From: Podarcis vaucheri
Lineage: Eukaryota
DNA length: 64,000 nucleotides
Direction: 5' to 3' (one strand)
Assembly (NCBI GenBank): GCA_965113315.1
Contig: OZ220368.1
Below, in pieces: positions 1 to 13,053 of this stretch; the stretch's first letter is position 1; each line of letters opens with the position of its first letter. Made by a program: the position numbers and the translations under genes. The notes below the pieces were generated by a model that was not told the DNA's origin, ran no database searches, and saw nothing but the letters and a program-made list of their open reading frames with translations.

Positions 1-365
1 TGTGCACTGGGGTTGCCTGGCTCACATGGGAAGTGACCTATATATTGAATAGGAAGAGTCCTGCAGCTCCCTTATGCTATGACACTGCTGGTTGTCTGCC
101 AGGGAATGAACTGCTCCACTGTCCTGGCACATGAGAACATCTCCCAGGTTCTGTCATCTTTGTCACTGTTCCTCCCAGAAATGTGAACTTAACTTTGAAT
201 GGACGCAATGCTAAGTTCAAATAACAATTACCTGCATGCCTTGCAGTTCAACCATTGCAAAAACTGAACTGAGCCACCATACTCATTCTGGGTCAAAGAT
301 ACCTCTCAGATTTGTTGTAGTTGCATCACAAACACTGCTAAGCTAGTGTTGCTTTTAACACATGT

Positions 366-640
366 GCCGAGGGAGCCAGCGTACAGCTTCCGGGTCATGT
401 GGCCAGCATGACTAAGCCGCTTCTGGCGAACCAGAGCAGCACACGGAAACGCCGTTTACCTTCCTGCCGGAGTGGTACCTATTTATCTACTTGCACTTTA
501 ACGTGCTTTCAAACTGCTAGGTTGGCAGGAGCTGGGACTGAGCAACGGGAGCTCACCCCATCACGGGGATTCGAACTGCCGACCTTCTGATCGGCAAGTC
601 CTAGGCTCTGTGGTTTAACCCACAGCGCCACCCACGTCCC
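366..640 (-). mobile_element. Sauria SINE, 3'-truncated
   Basis: Minus strand begins GGGACGTGGGTGGCGCTGTGG, has a B-box-like CAGTTCGAATCC and the GTAGATAAATAGGTACC core; aligns to the five other copies in the window; no (ACCTTT)n tail. Confidence 0.95.
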
Positions 641-927
641 TCTCCTGGATGTTTAAGTTGCATTAAATAAGTGGGCTTCAGCTGAAAAGCCATCTTTCAG
701 TTTTTTTGTCTCTCTATTAATTCATCCCTTAGGTTTTGCATGCATATCCTTTAGGAATGATGCTTGCAATTTATCCTAGTTTGTTGCTTTTCTCCTGAAT
801 TAGATTTTCATATTGCAACAGAATCCTTGCATGATTAATCAAAAACAAATCCCACTGTCTTCCTTGAGGCTTACTCTTAGGAAAGTGTGAAGATTTCAGC
901 CTTAGGCTGCACTGACAAATAGGCTCG

Positions 928-1225
928 GGGCTTTGGGAGGGAGGCGTGAGGCTCTGGCAGGGTCTTAAAGCCTTCTCACCCATTGGGAAGGGTCCCAAAG
1001 CAGGGAAAGCGCTAAGTAGGCTTTGGAAAGGAAGGAGGAGGACTCTAGGACCCTGTCAGACCCTCATGCCTCCTCCCCAAAGCCCAGTGTCTCACTTACC
1101 CAGCCTTGGGAAGGCAGCAGGAGGGGTGTGTGCACATGTTGTGGGCATCAAATGTTGCTGAGGGCCACCTAAAAAGGCCTTGGCTGCCACATGTGGCCCC
1201 AGGGTTGCGTAATGGACCACCTTGG
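928..1225. mobile_element. Degenerate hAT-like MITE remnant with a ~50-bp internal inverted repeat
   Basis: 928-977 is an imperfect reverse complement of 1035-1085; right end GAGGGCCAC...CCACATGTGGCCCC resembles hAT subterminal motifs. Confidence 0.55.
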
Positions 1226-1366
1226 CATAGAGAAAGAGGGGGAGATAGAAAGCAATGGTCTCTTAGAGAGTAAGCTAGAGTTATAGAAGGGAGTTAACAG
1301 GGATGTAGTAAGCTGGAGAGAGGACAGGGCATATGAAATAAGCAGGGACTTTTTGGTGTGCCAATG

Positions 1367-1367
<1 letters not shown>

Positions 1368-1400
<33 letters not shown>

Positions 1401-1405
1401 TGTGT
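1368..1405. repeat. (TG)n microsatellite
   Basis: Direct reading. Confidence 0.98.
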
Positions 1406-3126
1406 AAATAAATCATATATTCTAAAGACACCACAGTCTCCTCTGTGCCTCATTTTCTAAAAGGAAACCCAGACCCTGGGTAAGTACCTGGAACCCCCAA
1501 AATCTCACACACTCCCTCAGTGGAGATTAGGGTGGTGTGTTTTTAAAGGTGGTGTATTTTAAAAGGAGAATCCATTTCCTACCCTATATAATCAATATTC
1601 AGATTAGCTGCTCTTCATCCTAGGCTTTAAGAGGAAAGGCTGTACAGAATTTCCTTACAGTACCTTAAATACTTAGCTGGGGAATGTATTTCCAAAAAGC
1701 CCCACAGATTCCATTTTCCCTGGCAAACTAAACTGAAATGACCAGGGCTTGTTGAGAGAAATCTGCCCTAGTGCAGTTTTGCAGCTCAAATGTTCTGCTC
1801 TGCAGCTGTGTAGAGACTCTTTTATGGATTATGAATGCTGCAATTTGCTGGTATACAAGTTTCTTTTCATAGCATTTTCAAAGCTGCTTTACAATTTGCA
1901 GCACTGGCAAAGCTGTCCCCCCAACATTTAACAAAAAAAACCTTTTACTTTGAGCTTGTGGATACTAATCCACTTAAAAACAACAACACCCAACTTGTAT
2001 ATTTCCTGGAAAAATAATATTCTCCAGCTTCAAAGAAACAGACGTGAGGGAGCCGTACATTGTTCTTGTTTCATTAAGGCCCAATACAACCACTGTTCCA
2101 CAGATGTTTTAGCACATTGCTGAAAAAAAGACTTCCCCATTCTTGAGTTCCAGGCCCTCAGGTTTTGCACACAACTGAATCATTCATAGTTTAGCTGGTC
2201 AGTTCCTTCTGTTTCATAACATGCTGTCCTTTTCTAATAGATTCTTGGAAGATTTTTCATTCATTCCTCCCCATTTTCCCTCAGTTATCCAGTCAGTGTA
2301 AATGGTAACATTTTGTTTCTGGATTCACACACCGTTTTCCTTACCCTTTTCCGTAAAATGTCCTTTCACTGTTGACTTTTCAAGCTCCTGTCTGCTTTAA
2401 TTATCCAGCAGCAGTCAACTTTCAGTAGTGAAAACAGCCAAATTGCATGAGCTATGTAGCTTTCTGGCCTTACACCAGGCTAAATTAATTTATATAGATC
2501 TAATCCAAAAGACTGCCCAAACTCCTGTTTTCATGACATTTCAAAACTGCCTGATGAATTTCGAATGTATGCGTCTAACTAGTTCCAAACATTTGGTATT
2601 GTTCAAAATTCTTCCTGACCAAATTGCCTTGGGATCCCAGGATTGTTGCCTGTTTTTGGAGCCTGCAGTATGGCTCACTTGTCTGAGCCACCTACATTAG
2701 CTAATATCTTCATTGTCCTTCAAAACCTCTGCCAAGGAACACTAAATTCTATTTGATGCTATCAGCTTGATGTGCTCCTGTGACTTTGGATTACATGTGC
2801 CATCCTTTTAGGGTTCTCTTGGTGCTGACAAATGCACTCTTTGTAAAGGAGTTGGACTGAGCAGTAGGTGAGCAGTGAGCAGAGCAGTGAATGTGAATTT
2901 TACCTTTATACAGTTGACTTCTTTACACCCCCCAAACCATCTCTATCCAGGCAAACAAGAAGATTGATCAGAGTTCAAACAAACATTACAGCCAGGCAAA
3001 AACACTCAGGGTACAAAGCAAGAGTGGTGAAGAGTCTCATCTGGGAATAGGAGGGGATGTGGCCTTGGGGGAGCTTTGAGGGCCAGATAGAGAGGTATAG
3101 AGGGCCGTATCTGGTTCACCACCCAT

Positions 3127-3503
3127 GGGATGCAGGTGGCACTGTGGTCTTAACCACTGAGCCTCTTAGGCTTGCCGATCAGAAGGTCGGCAGTTCGAAT
3201 CCCTGCGATGAGGTAAGCTCCCGTTGCTCTGTCCCAGCTCCTGTCAACCTAGCAATTCAAAAGGATACCAGTGCAAGTAAATAGGTACTGCTGGGTGGGA
3301 AGGTAAACTGTGTTTCTGTGCGCTCTGGTTTCAGTCACGGTGTTCTGTTGCGCCAGAAGTGGTTTGTCATGCTGACCACATGACCTGGAAAGCTGTCTGT
3401 GGACAAATGCCAGCTCCCTTGGCCTGAAGCGAGATGAGTGCTGCACCCCACAGTTTCCTTTGACTGGACCTAACTGTCCTTTACCTTTACCTTTTACCCT
3501 TTT
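3127..3503 (+). mobile_element. Sauria SINE, near full length
   Basis: GGGATGCAGGTGGCACTGTGG head, GTTCGAATCC B box, GTCATGCTGACCACATGACC core, (ACCTTT)n tail. Confidence 0.95.
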
Positions 3504-4427
3504 TACCACCTTGTTGATGTAGATTTTCTGTGCTGGCTAGCCAGCCTAGTCTGTGCAGTGACAACTGTACAACTCAACAAGCTTTGATATTTTACTTCTG
3601 TAACAATTCTTGCATCCAATTGCATGTCCTTCTTTGTTTCAAATGCTTTATTTAATGGAAGAGTCACAAGAAGTTCTTTGAAATGGAGTGTCTTCAGGTT
3701 CATTTTATCTTTCTGCTCAGCCTAATCATTCTCCATTCCTTCCCAAACAAAACAAGTGGCCCAGGCTTTAAGGGAAACTCCTGAAGAAAGTTCTTAACCT
3801 TGGCATGGTAACACTTAATCGGCATGTGGCTGACACCTTGCAAATATCCCATAATCCACTGCTGGCGTGGCTTTCATTTACTCTGGAATGGGGCAAACAA
3901 ACCACGTTCAAAGGCACCTCTCTCATCCAAGTGCCTGTTTCATCCGGGTTTCCTTCTCAAATATTTCCAAATGGATGTAGAAGTGACCAAGGACTTTTAT
4001 CAAGCCCACCGCATGCTGAGAAAAACCAAAATCCTATTTGTCCTCTGCCAATCCATAGCTCTCTCATCTCTTACCAACCTGAGGAACAGAAACTGCCAGT
4101 CGTATCTCCAAAAGCCAAGTAGCAAAATGTTTTGAACTACCAGCCTTCCCATTTGTATAAAGCAGCAGTGAGAGGCAAAAATTATACAGCAGCAAGAAAC
4201 CTTGCCTCTCTTTTGCCTGGGAAAAGAACCATGCAAATAGTTAGCTTCTTTAAAGCACTATCACTGTACACTTATGATAGTATTTATAACAATTTTCTCT
4301 CTCTTTTGAACTACCCTGGGCATATCCTTCTGATGCTTCCACTTTCTCCTCTTCCACGGCTGCTATCTGTGGCCTTTGCTTTCACTTCCCAGGTGGTACC
4401 AAGGGATATCAGTTCTTCAAGTCTACC

Positions 4428-4796
4428 TCTTTTCTCTCCTCTCCAATAACACTAAAACTCATAGGCATCTGATGAAGTTGGAGGATTCAGAACAGATAAA
4501 GTACTTCTTCCCGCAGTGCAGTCAATCTGTGGATTTCACTCCCACGGGAGGCAGGGATGTCCACCAACTACAATGACTTCAGAAGAGGATAAGTTCTCAC
4601 TAGCCAGGATGGCTCTGCTTCCATGGTCTGAATATCATACTTCTGAATACCTAGGTGCTAGAAACTGCTGGAGGGGAGAGTGCTGTTGCCTTCAGATCCT
4701 GCTTTAGTGCTTCCCATAGGCACCTGGTTGACCTCTGTGAGGACAGGATACTGGACTAGATGGGTCATTGGCCTGATCCAGCAGGGCTCTTATGGC
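4428..4796 (+). mobile_element. Old CR1 LINE 3' fragment (family B, tail GGCCTGATCCAGCAGGGCTCTTATG)
   Basis: Degenerate ORF2 end (GATTCAGAACAGATAAA..TACTTCTTC) and 3'UTR shared with copies at 21.6k, 29.3k, 44.9k, 49.6k, 50.1k and 61.1k. Confidence 0.8.
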
Positions 4797-4820
4797 TGTT
4801 TCCATAGTCTGCAGGATAGG

Positions 4821-4940
4821 CCAGGTGTGAGGAACATTTGGTTCTCCAGATGTTTTGGACTACTACGTCAGTCAAGTCCAGTGAGCAGGGCTAATGCACA
4901 GGGATTACGGGAGTTGTAGTCTGGAGGGCACGAGGTCAGG
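4821..4940. mobile_element. Short palindromic hAT-like MITE (CTCCAGATGTT..GGACTAC / GGGAGTTGTAGTC..CTGGAGGG family)
   Basis: Internal inverted symmetry; related copies at 14839, 20983, 30470 and 42875. Confidence 0.7.
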
Positions 4941-5143
4941 GAGGAATGAAATCAAATATGTGTGTGCATCTATAAGTAATGGCAGTCCTTCAATTCCTTT
5001 TCCCTTTCTCCAGGCAAAGTTGAATTAAGCCAACCAAACTCAGATTCTCTGTCTATATGTCTGTCCGAAGAGGGAATCTGCTACTGTGCCAGCAGCCCTG
5101 AACCCACAACCCTGCAAGTGAATCCAGCCCTGGAGCATAGCAG

Positions 5144-5478
5144 CATACCCTCCAACGTTTCTCTGATGAAATTAGGGACTTCCCAATCCTAAGGATAATT
5201 TTACTATTTATACCCCACACATCTTACTTGGTTGCCCCAGCCACTCTGGGCAGCTTCCAACATATATAACAACATAATAAAACATTAAACATTAAAAAAG
5301 CTTCCCTATACAGGATTGCCTTTAGATGACTTGGATAACTTCATACTCTCCAACATTTCTCCAGTGAAAATAGGGACATCATAAGGAAAAATGGGACATT
5401 CCGGGATCAAATCAGAAACCAGGTCAGCTTCTCTAAATCAGGGACGTCCCTGGAAAATAGGGAGACTTGGAGGGTCTG
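5144..5478. mobile_element. Composite non-autonomous DNA element with duplicated left end and captured L2 tail
   Basis: Imperfect TIR CATACCCTCCAA / TTGGAGGGTCTG; left end repeated at 5342; 5199-5331 matches the L2 tail at 41500-41590. Confidence 0.75.
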
Positions 5479-6395
5479 CAGCAGACGAGACAGGAAACCT
5501 ATAATCTGGGCACTGTTGCCTCAGACTTCAGGTGGGGATCTCACATATGACTGAATGTGCTCCAACATACAAAAACATTCCCAGCAATGAGAAGCCAGCA
5601 TCTGCTTGTTGGAGGAAACTGGGCCTAAGAGTAAAGGACTGGAATAAAAATAGATGTCCTTTTTAAGCACAACATGTTGTCATTGATGCCACGGTTTATG
5701 GAGTTCTCTTTCCAAGTGCCAGTTCTCGTTTTCCTGCCTCGTTATCCTGATGGAATGCTGACATCCCTGCAGATACATCCAAATGGCAGGCAGACTCTGG
5801 GATGGAGGGATAGTGAGGTCCAGCTGAAAGGACCAATTAATAACTGCACCTGCCTTAATGTTTTCTGCTAGCCACAGCTAGGCATTTTGCTCCAACTCCC
5901 AGTCCTCAGCACTGCATGTCCAACAGAGTATGTGTCTTTTTAATGAGGGCGTATCAAACATTTAGAATCCTTCCATTTCCTTTCTTTTCTAACTTCTCTG
6001 ATTTACTCCTCACTCCCCTCCTTTATGCCTAGTAATTTCTGAGAAGTATAATGAAGAGGAAGCCACACACAGGGTGCAGAAGAAGCACAACTTTAATGCC
6101 AATCACTTTATAGAGAGGGAATACCATGCTTTGGGCTGGTGGTTGTTCAATTGTAGAATTGAAACTAGAAGAAACACAAGCAGTTCCTGGTATGGCAAGA
6201 CAATGTACTGCACTTCCCATGTGATAAAACACACCTGAATGGTCAGTGTGGGACAGTGTCTAGCCTACTGCCTTGGGACACAGATCTGTTTAGTCCTGAA
6301 GTTCACTGGTTGGCTTTTGGCAAATGAGCATTTCTTACCTTAATCTAAGTGTTCCTTTGCAGGGTGATTAAATATGGTAAAGAAAATTGTACACT

Positions 6396-7075
6396 ATTAG
6401 AAGTCCAACCTATGCTGGAAATGTGGAAAAGTAGAAGGAACATTGTTCCATGCCTGGTGGAGCTGCAAAAAAAATAATCTAAGGCATACTGGAGTATGAT
6501 TCACGAAGAACTTAAAAAAAATGTTAAAAACGCCTATACAAGAGAAACCAGAGGCATACTTATTAGGTCTGCTGGAGAAAGACATACTACAGAAAAAGAG
6601 AGAAATTTTCCTATATGCTACAGCAGCCACCAGGATTGTGTTTGAGTGAGATAATACCTACAAAAGATGACTGGTTACATAAAGTAAGTGAATTTATAGA
6701 AGTGGCAACCCTAACTGCATATATAAGAATGCAGTCAAACCAAAAACTTAGACTAGAATGGCAATGTTTCGAAGAAAAGAATATGCTGATATGCTTAGAC
6801 TAAAGGAGGAAAGTGGAAAAGAAAGCATTAATAACTCACGTTATAAAGAGATTAAAATTTAAAACCTAAAAGATTGCAATGTTTGTACCGAATTTTAAAT
6901 ATATGGAAGTCGAGGTGTGGTGGAGGGAAGCCGTGGGGTATGGTGATGGGAAGTCACGGGAAGGAAGGATTTTTGTTTGTGTAAATAATAGTAGTTTATT
7001 TTTGTGTGTCTATATATTTCCTTTTTTCCTTCTGTATCATCAAAACTTTAATTTTTTTTAAAAATAAAATAAAAT
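6396..7075 (+). mobile_element. 5'-truncated L1-clade LINE (ORF2 Cys-rich C-terminus, 3'UTR, A-rich tail)
   Basis: Translates [20 protein letters not shown] (CCHC knuckle); (AAAAT)n tail; 13-bp TSD AAAATTGTACACT at 6383-6395 and 7076-7088. Confidence 0.9.
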
Positions 7076-7489
7076 AAAATTGTACACTTTTAAGCATTGT
7101 GCAAGTGAATACTTTTAATGTGAATAAAGCAGAGTTGTTCTTGAGGAAGAGAACTTGATCTTAAGGAATACTCTTGAATTGGGTTCATTGAGCAAATGTC
7201 TTTAAAGATAATGTATTAAAGATGTGTTTTATCACAGCAAACTCTTCCATCAGGCAGAGTGAAGTGACCATCTCAGGTGGTGGATGCTGAGGGAGCAGCA
7301 CAAACTGACCCCTGTATATTCCCCCCTGGAGCTATTTCATCCTCCTCAGCTGGAAGTAGAAACGGTGGCTTGCTGCTGACCTGAGCTGTCTGCCTGTCTC
7401 AACTAGTCTTCCAAAATTGTGAGAGAGGCCCCTGGCTGATACAACAGGCAGAGAGGCAGCTAGTTCAGGCCAGATCCTGCAACAGGCGT

Positions 7490-7547
7490 CATTGCACTAG
7501 ATGACCCCCAGGATGCCTTCCAACCCTACAGTTCTGTGATTCTATGA
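7490..7547 (+). mobile_element. CR1 family A or CR1-SINE 3' tail fragment
   Basis: ACTAGATGACCCCCAGGATGCCTTCCAACCCTACAGTTCTGTGATTCTATGA; same tail as 32780-32804 and 48250-48310. Confidence 0.8.
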
Positions 7548-9899
7548 CATATAGCTGCTCCTCTGTTAAAAAAACAAAAAACTCACGAGAGGAGTGTTCT
7601 TTTAGGCTGCTGCCAGTAGATGTCAGCAGCAGCTTTGGAAACAGCACGTTACACTGCAGGACAAAAGAATACATTTGGTCACTTCCCTTCACACTCAGCA
7701 TCTGAACGTTTGACCCAAAAACAATGTTTGGAAGCCAAAACTCTGAACATTGCTATCTGGTTCAGTAGCCTCATGTTCTCAGTTTTTCTTAAAAGGATTA
7801 ACACAAAAAATTAATTAACTATATTGCTGAGTTTAATTTCCTTTCTTTGCAAGGTTGCAGTTTCTGGTTGGCATGTTATAGGCTACTTACCTGATATTCA
7901 GAAGAATGTGATATATTGAGATTTCCTTTTCTTTTGAGGTACCTTGTGCAAAGCTGAGTCTTATTTCAGAAAGGTCGTACCCTATTTCTTTTGTTTAAGC
8001 CCCCAGTTTCTCTAGGACCCACAGGTTCATTTATTTTGTGTTAAATTCAAAAGACTAAAATAGTTTCTGTTTTGGAAGTTGACCCTGCTAGGAAATAATG
8101 TTCTAAAGCAAATGTTCTAAATGTTCTAAAGCAAAGAGTATCTCTGTATTTTACAGAATGAAGAGCACTTATGTGCATGAGCATGCAAAATAATGAGGCT
8201 AGACTCACATGAACACTTAACCATAGCCATAGGCAACTGGGCTGGGCAACCTTCAGATTTGTGCAATCTATCTATTTATTTTACTCGAGCACCAAGATCC
8301 ACCACAGGAGTCAAATACCAATGACAACCCTTGGAATTAATGAATTCTGAGCCCAGGAATGTGCCTTGTGTCTCAGAACTAAACTGAACTCACAGTCTTT
8401 CCACTCCTGGCAACCTGCACTCCCATTCCAGAAGCATAATTTGCAGGGGTCATTTTGTTTTTTCTATTGTAAAACAACAGAGTGAAAAACTCTTGCTCAA
8501 AGCCAGTAAATCCCAAATTACTTTCTGCCTGTCCCTTCTGGGGAAGCCAAGGGAATATCTTAGTGATCCTATACAAACCCAGTTAAGTCCCATTTAACTT
8601 AGTGGGATCTGCTTTTGAGTAAACACTCTCAATATCTGTCTGTCGGCCTCTCTCTTAAAGTAGTTTTAAAACCCTTGTGCATTCAAAACGTCTATTGAAT
8701 TCACAGGGCTGTGCACTTTACATGAATGTGGTTTGGAGCTTTTATTCTAGGTACATTTGCTAGATCAAAATCCAATAGATAAAAGGACACAATAGCACTG
8801 TGAGGTCTAATTAAATTTAGTGCTGCGGATAGCAGTGCTCTGAAAGATTGGACATCTGTTATATTCTATAGAAAACCATGCTCTGAGCAAAGAGACAATC
8901 TTTTAAAAACAAGAGATGTTCCTTTAAAAATGGAGGTCTCGCAACTCTAAGTATGGGCCTGTATCATCTCTAGGGAGGGATATTTTCATTTGGTTGCCTT
9001 GAACAGAACCTAGAGTTCTTTCTGGCCAGAAAGACTGTTGTTGTTCCTCACTATGCAAATTCAAATATGTGTGGGCATGGACTACTTCAGTCTAATTTGA
9101 ATGGGGGGTGGGGAGTGGATTAACATGTAAATACTGCTCAAGTGTGGACAAGCCCATTGCATCAAAGCAAGCATTACCTCACACAGCATTTCTGCCACTT
9201 TCCTTACTGCAAAAAGTTGGATTGTTGGTTTGTTGAGCATCAAATCTGCTTTGACTGTGTAACCTGAATTTGCCATAGTGTGACTGAATCCTAACCCCAA
9301 ATAGTGACAGTCTAGAAGCACCCTACGTCTATCAATGGCTACAAGTCATGATAGCTCTATGGAGCATCCATGTTCAGAGGAAGCTCAACACCGAATGCTG
9401 AGGAGCAACAACAATCTCTCTGTGTCACACATATGCCATAGTTGTTTTGGTTTCGTATTCTCTTTAATTTTGAGCCCTGTACAATACAATGTTTGAGACG
9501 CTTTGTGGTTTCATTTCTAACTCCCTCTCAAACTATTGCTGTTACATTCCACAGAGAATAATTTTATCCTTGGGCAAAGAGAAATGGAAGCCACAATCAG
9601 TTCATTTTTCTGCAAAGCTGTTAATAATGGATCCAGGAAGTTCTGGATGAAGTTAGTTATTTGACCTGAAAGCTAGCCATAACTTCCTACCAATAGATTT
9701 GACACCTGCATTTTAAAGGTAGTTATTTCTCTTGTTTGTTAATACTATGGGCAGAATTGCAGGTCAGGGTTGTGCACTGCAGTCTGTGTCAAAGTTTTAT
9801 CCCTCTTTATACATGGGACATGTTTATGGCAATGGAGCTGGCTGTGAAGTGTGTTTCCACAGTGGCTGCCTGGGTGTGTGTGGCTGCCATATCTACGAA

Positions 9900-10462
9900 A
9901 CCAGAGATGATATATAATGAAATGGGGAAAAAATGCTTTAGATAACTTATGTTAAGAAACAAGAAGCTTTTCTATTAGGAATTACAGGTACCAACATAAC
10001 AAAGGAGCAGAAAAGACTTTTTATGTATGGAACAACAGCTGCCCGGATGTTATTAGCCCAGTCTTGGAAAGCAGACCAAGTCTCTACCAGAGAAGAATGG
10101 CAAACCAAGCTGATGGACTATGCCAAGATGGCAAAGCTGACTGGAAAAAACCAGAAACCAAGAGGATAATTTTTTAAAAATAAAAGAATGGGAAAAATTT
10201 ATAAGTTAATTAGGAGACCACTGTGAGCAGATGAAAACAAGAGCAGGATTTTGATTCACTTGTAGGGTAAATATCACGTTGATATAAAAACTGGAGTACG
10301 GATGAATATGCAGTTGTAGATGTTTAAAATGAGACCCCATGGAGAGGATGGAGGGGGAAAGTCTCGAGATTCGGAGAATCTCTTTATACAGATATGTTTT
10401 TACTATTTGTACTTTGTATTTGTAAAACCAATAAAAATGATTTCATTAAAAAAGCAGAAAAA
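9900..10462 (+). mobile_element. 5'-truncated L1-clade LINE 3' end
   Basis: Degenerate ORF2 (EAFLLG..FMYGTTAARMLLAQSWK..TREEWQTKL) homologous to 6396-7075; AATAAA and A-rich end. Confidence 0.85.
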
Positions 10463-11959
10463 GGCATATGCCCATCCTCCATCAACTGCTCCAAAAATGG
10501 GGGTGGGGGGGGGGGAAGGCACCTACATGAGCCACTACTGCATGTTTGCATCTCTCCTCTGTTCAGGAAATTGGGCACTCAATATTGGCAACTCATGAAA
10601 TGTGTTTACATGTTTAAGGAGGCACTTTCAGTGTAGGAAAATCTGGGCCAGTGCAAACGGGATCTGAGCAGGATGGTCAAGTAGCATTGTATTGCATTGC
10701 AGATTTCTGAGGGTATATGTACCAAGACCTTCTGCAGATGCCATAGGAGGTACTGGTGGGAGCACTGGCACCTGTGGACACTACGTTGGCAACCCCTAGT
10801 GTGACGTGATATTGGTAATGGCCTGTGTGAATTCAGATGCTCCAGCCACGGAATGTTCTTATTACTTTTCTTTCAAGCACAACACCTTTTGACCCAGTTG
10901 GTTTGCACATGCTTCAAGACATTGAGTGCACACTAATCAAATGATGTTCAGGCATGTGAGAACTAAGGCAGTTCACGATAATCAAAAAGCTGGAGGGCAT
11001 TTTGTGGTGCATCTGACAACAGAGATAGAGTGAGACCCAAATAAAGTGTGCCTGTGCTTCACAAGGAGCTTAGCCCTAGTGTGGAACTCAACACTTTTAA
11101 CGTTGGACTGAAAAGGTGACTGCTGCAACACAGCGGTTTAGAAATGGGCCGTGACAATTCCAAGTCCCTTTTGTGCTTTCAGATATAAGGATTATAAACA
11201 CAGCCAGTGTCATGTGTATCTATCTACACAGTCTATTTTACTCTTTGTGTCCTCTGCCCTCAGCACGACTCCTCCTAGTTCATCTGGGGATCTAGATTAA
11301 TCAGGATTCTGCCTTTGGATAAAGGGCAGGGAGAGGGAAACTGGGCTCTTCTCCGTTCTTTCTGTGCCTGGCTGAGATAAAAATAAAGGGAACAGGGTTG
11401 TTGAACTAAATGGCTTTTTCCATTCTAGCAGTCTTTATGTCCTTGAAATTTCATTTGAAATGGAGCAGCCTGCTATTTCTGCTTCAAAAGGGGAAAAAAT
11501 CAATACAATCAACACGTTAAAATGTTCTCAGTTACAATGAAAAAGTATCTGGGGAAAGAAGAGATGATGATATGCTTAACAAACATCTGTAAACTTAAAG
11601 GCCATCAGCAAAGAGGGCATTATATATAAAAGCTAAGGGGTGGGCAGGAGGAGGCAATCGAAACATGCCACCAAGCCCTTGGCCCTAGCAATGCTTTCTC
11701 ATGGTTTTAGGCTTGGAAGACAAAATATTAATAAGGTACATTGTGCCTTTGGGTGTATGTAGAGTGCTTTCCACTCTTAAATGGGCACCTGCAGTTCATT
11801 CCACAAATCCGGGACCAGAAACTTCAGACAAGTGAATGGCCTGCCACCCCTTTGATTACAGGAATAAAAATGTGCACAAGGGGGCTGAGTCTGTAAGAGG
11901 AAAAGTTTGAAGTCATGCAGGGCAGGGGCAGCCAGTCTGGAGGGGATGGTGGTCTGTTT

Positions 11960-12233
11960 TAGTGCTGTGCATTTTTTCAATATATTGGCCAAAATCGGTT
12001 TTGATATCACACCGCAATAACGATTTTGACCCAGCAATACACACCAATATATCGCTCCTCAAGCAAGGGAGAGCAGAACAGCTGATTCCAAGGCACCGCC
12101 GATAGCCATGACTGCTCCTTACCTCAATCCCATGCCTAATCTCCAATTTCAGACATCATGATATACCAGAAATATCCTGATGTTTAGCTGCCGATATATA
12201 ATGATGTTGAAAACCAGATATCACTCGGCTCTA
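11960..12233. mobile_element. Non-autonomous hAT element (TAGGGCTG-type TIR)
   Basis: Ends TAGTGCTG / CGGCTCTA; perfect 8-bp TSD GTCTGTTT at 11952-11959 and 12234-12241; GATAT/ATATC subterminal repeats. Confidence 0.85.
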
Positions 12234-13006
12234 GTCTGTTTTTTAGTATACCTAAAATCCTTTGCTTATTAGGGCCCCCACATTTTGTTCAAAAAATGCT
12301 TTGCAGAGGTAACTACCATAGTTACCAAAATTTGCAGAAGGGGTCCATGGCTTGGCTTTTGAAAAATAGGGGCCCTCAGTAATTAGCTAATTGGGAACCA
12401 CTGCTCTATACTTTAAATACAAGTATATTTCCTCTTATATGATGCAAATAGTAATTTCAAGAAGAAAGTGTGTGATTTACTTTGGTAAAAGTATACAGTG
12501 CTGCCCTCCTGATCCATTCATCACCCCTCCCATGGCTGCTTTAAGAGAAAGAGACAGGAGATCCAATAATGGATTTCCAAAGTAGCATTTATTTTCATTT
12601 TGCTACTGCAACACACAATTTCTGATTTCCTTTGTAGGGCGGGGGGGGAGAGAAAAAAGTATAACTAACAAAGAAGCAAATATCAATCAAATTTCACTTT
12701 CCCAATAAACAATAAATAATCGATTACAGAAAGTCTGCGCATAAAAAATAGCAGTCAGCATGGGAAAGACTGCATACTGCAGGGATGTGTAGTAAATCCA
12801 GATAGTTCCAGCTAATGTTATCTGCTTTGTGAACATCTTTTGAGTTCATTAGTTTTATACAAAAAAATAAATAAAATCAATTTGGAGACTTCTAGTAAAA
12901 TTGAAAGTATTTATTTTGTTTCATAGACTGTTTGCTGCATACATTGCAGGCAGAACAGAGTGGGGGGGGGAGTAATAAACCTATATTTTGCCTTTCCTCC
13001 CAAAGG

Positions 13007-13038
<32 letters not shown>

Positions 13039-13053
13039 CAACAACAGCAGCAG
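13007..13053. repeat. (CAG/CAA)n trinucleotide repeat
   Basis: Direct reading; 15 triplets. Confidence 0.97.

Noticed and set aside
8780-8880. Possible Penelope end remnant
   Set aside because: Similarity too weak to support without an alignment
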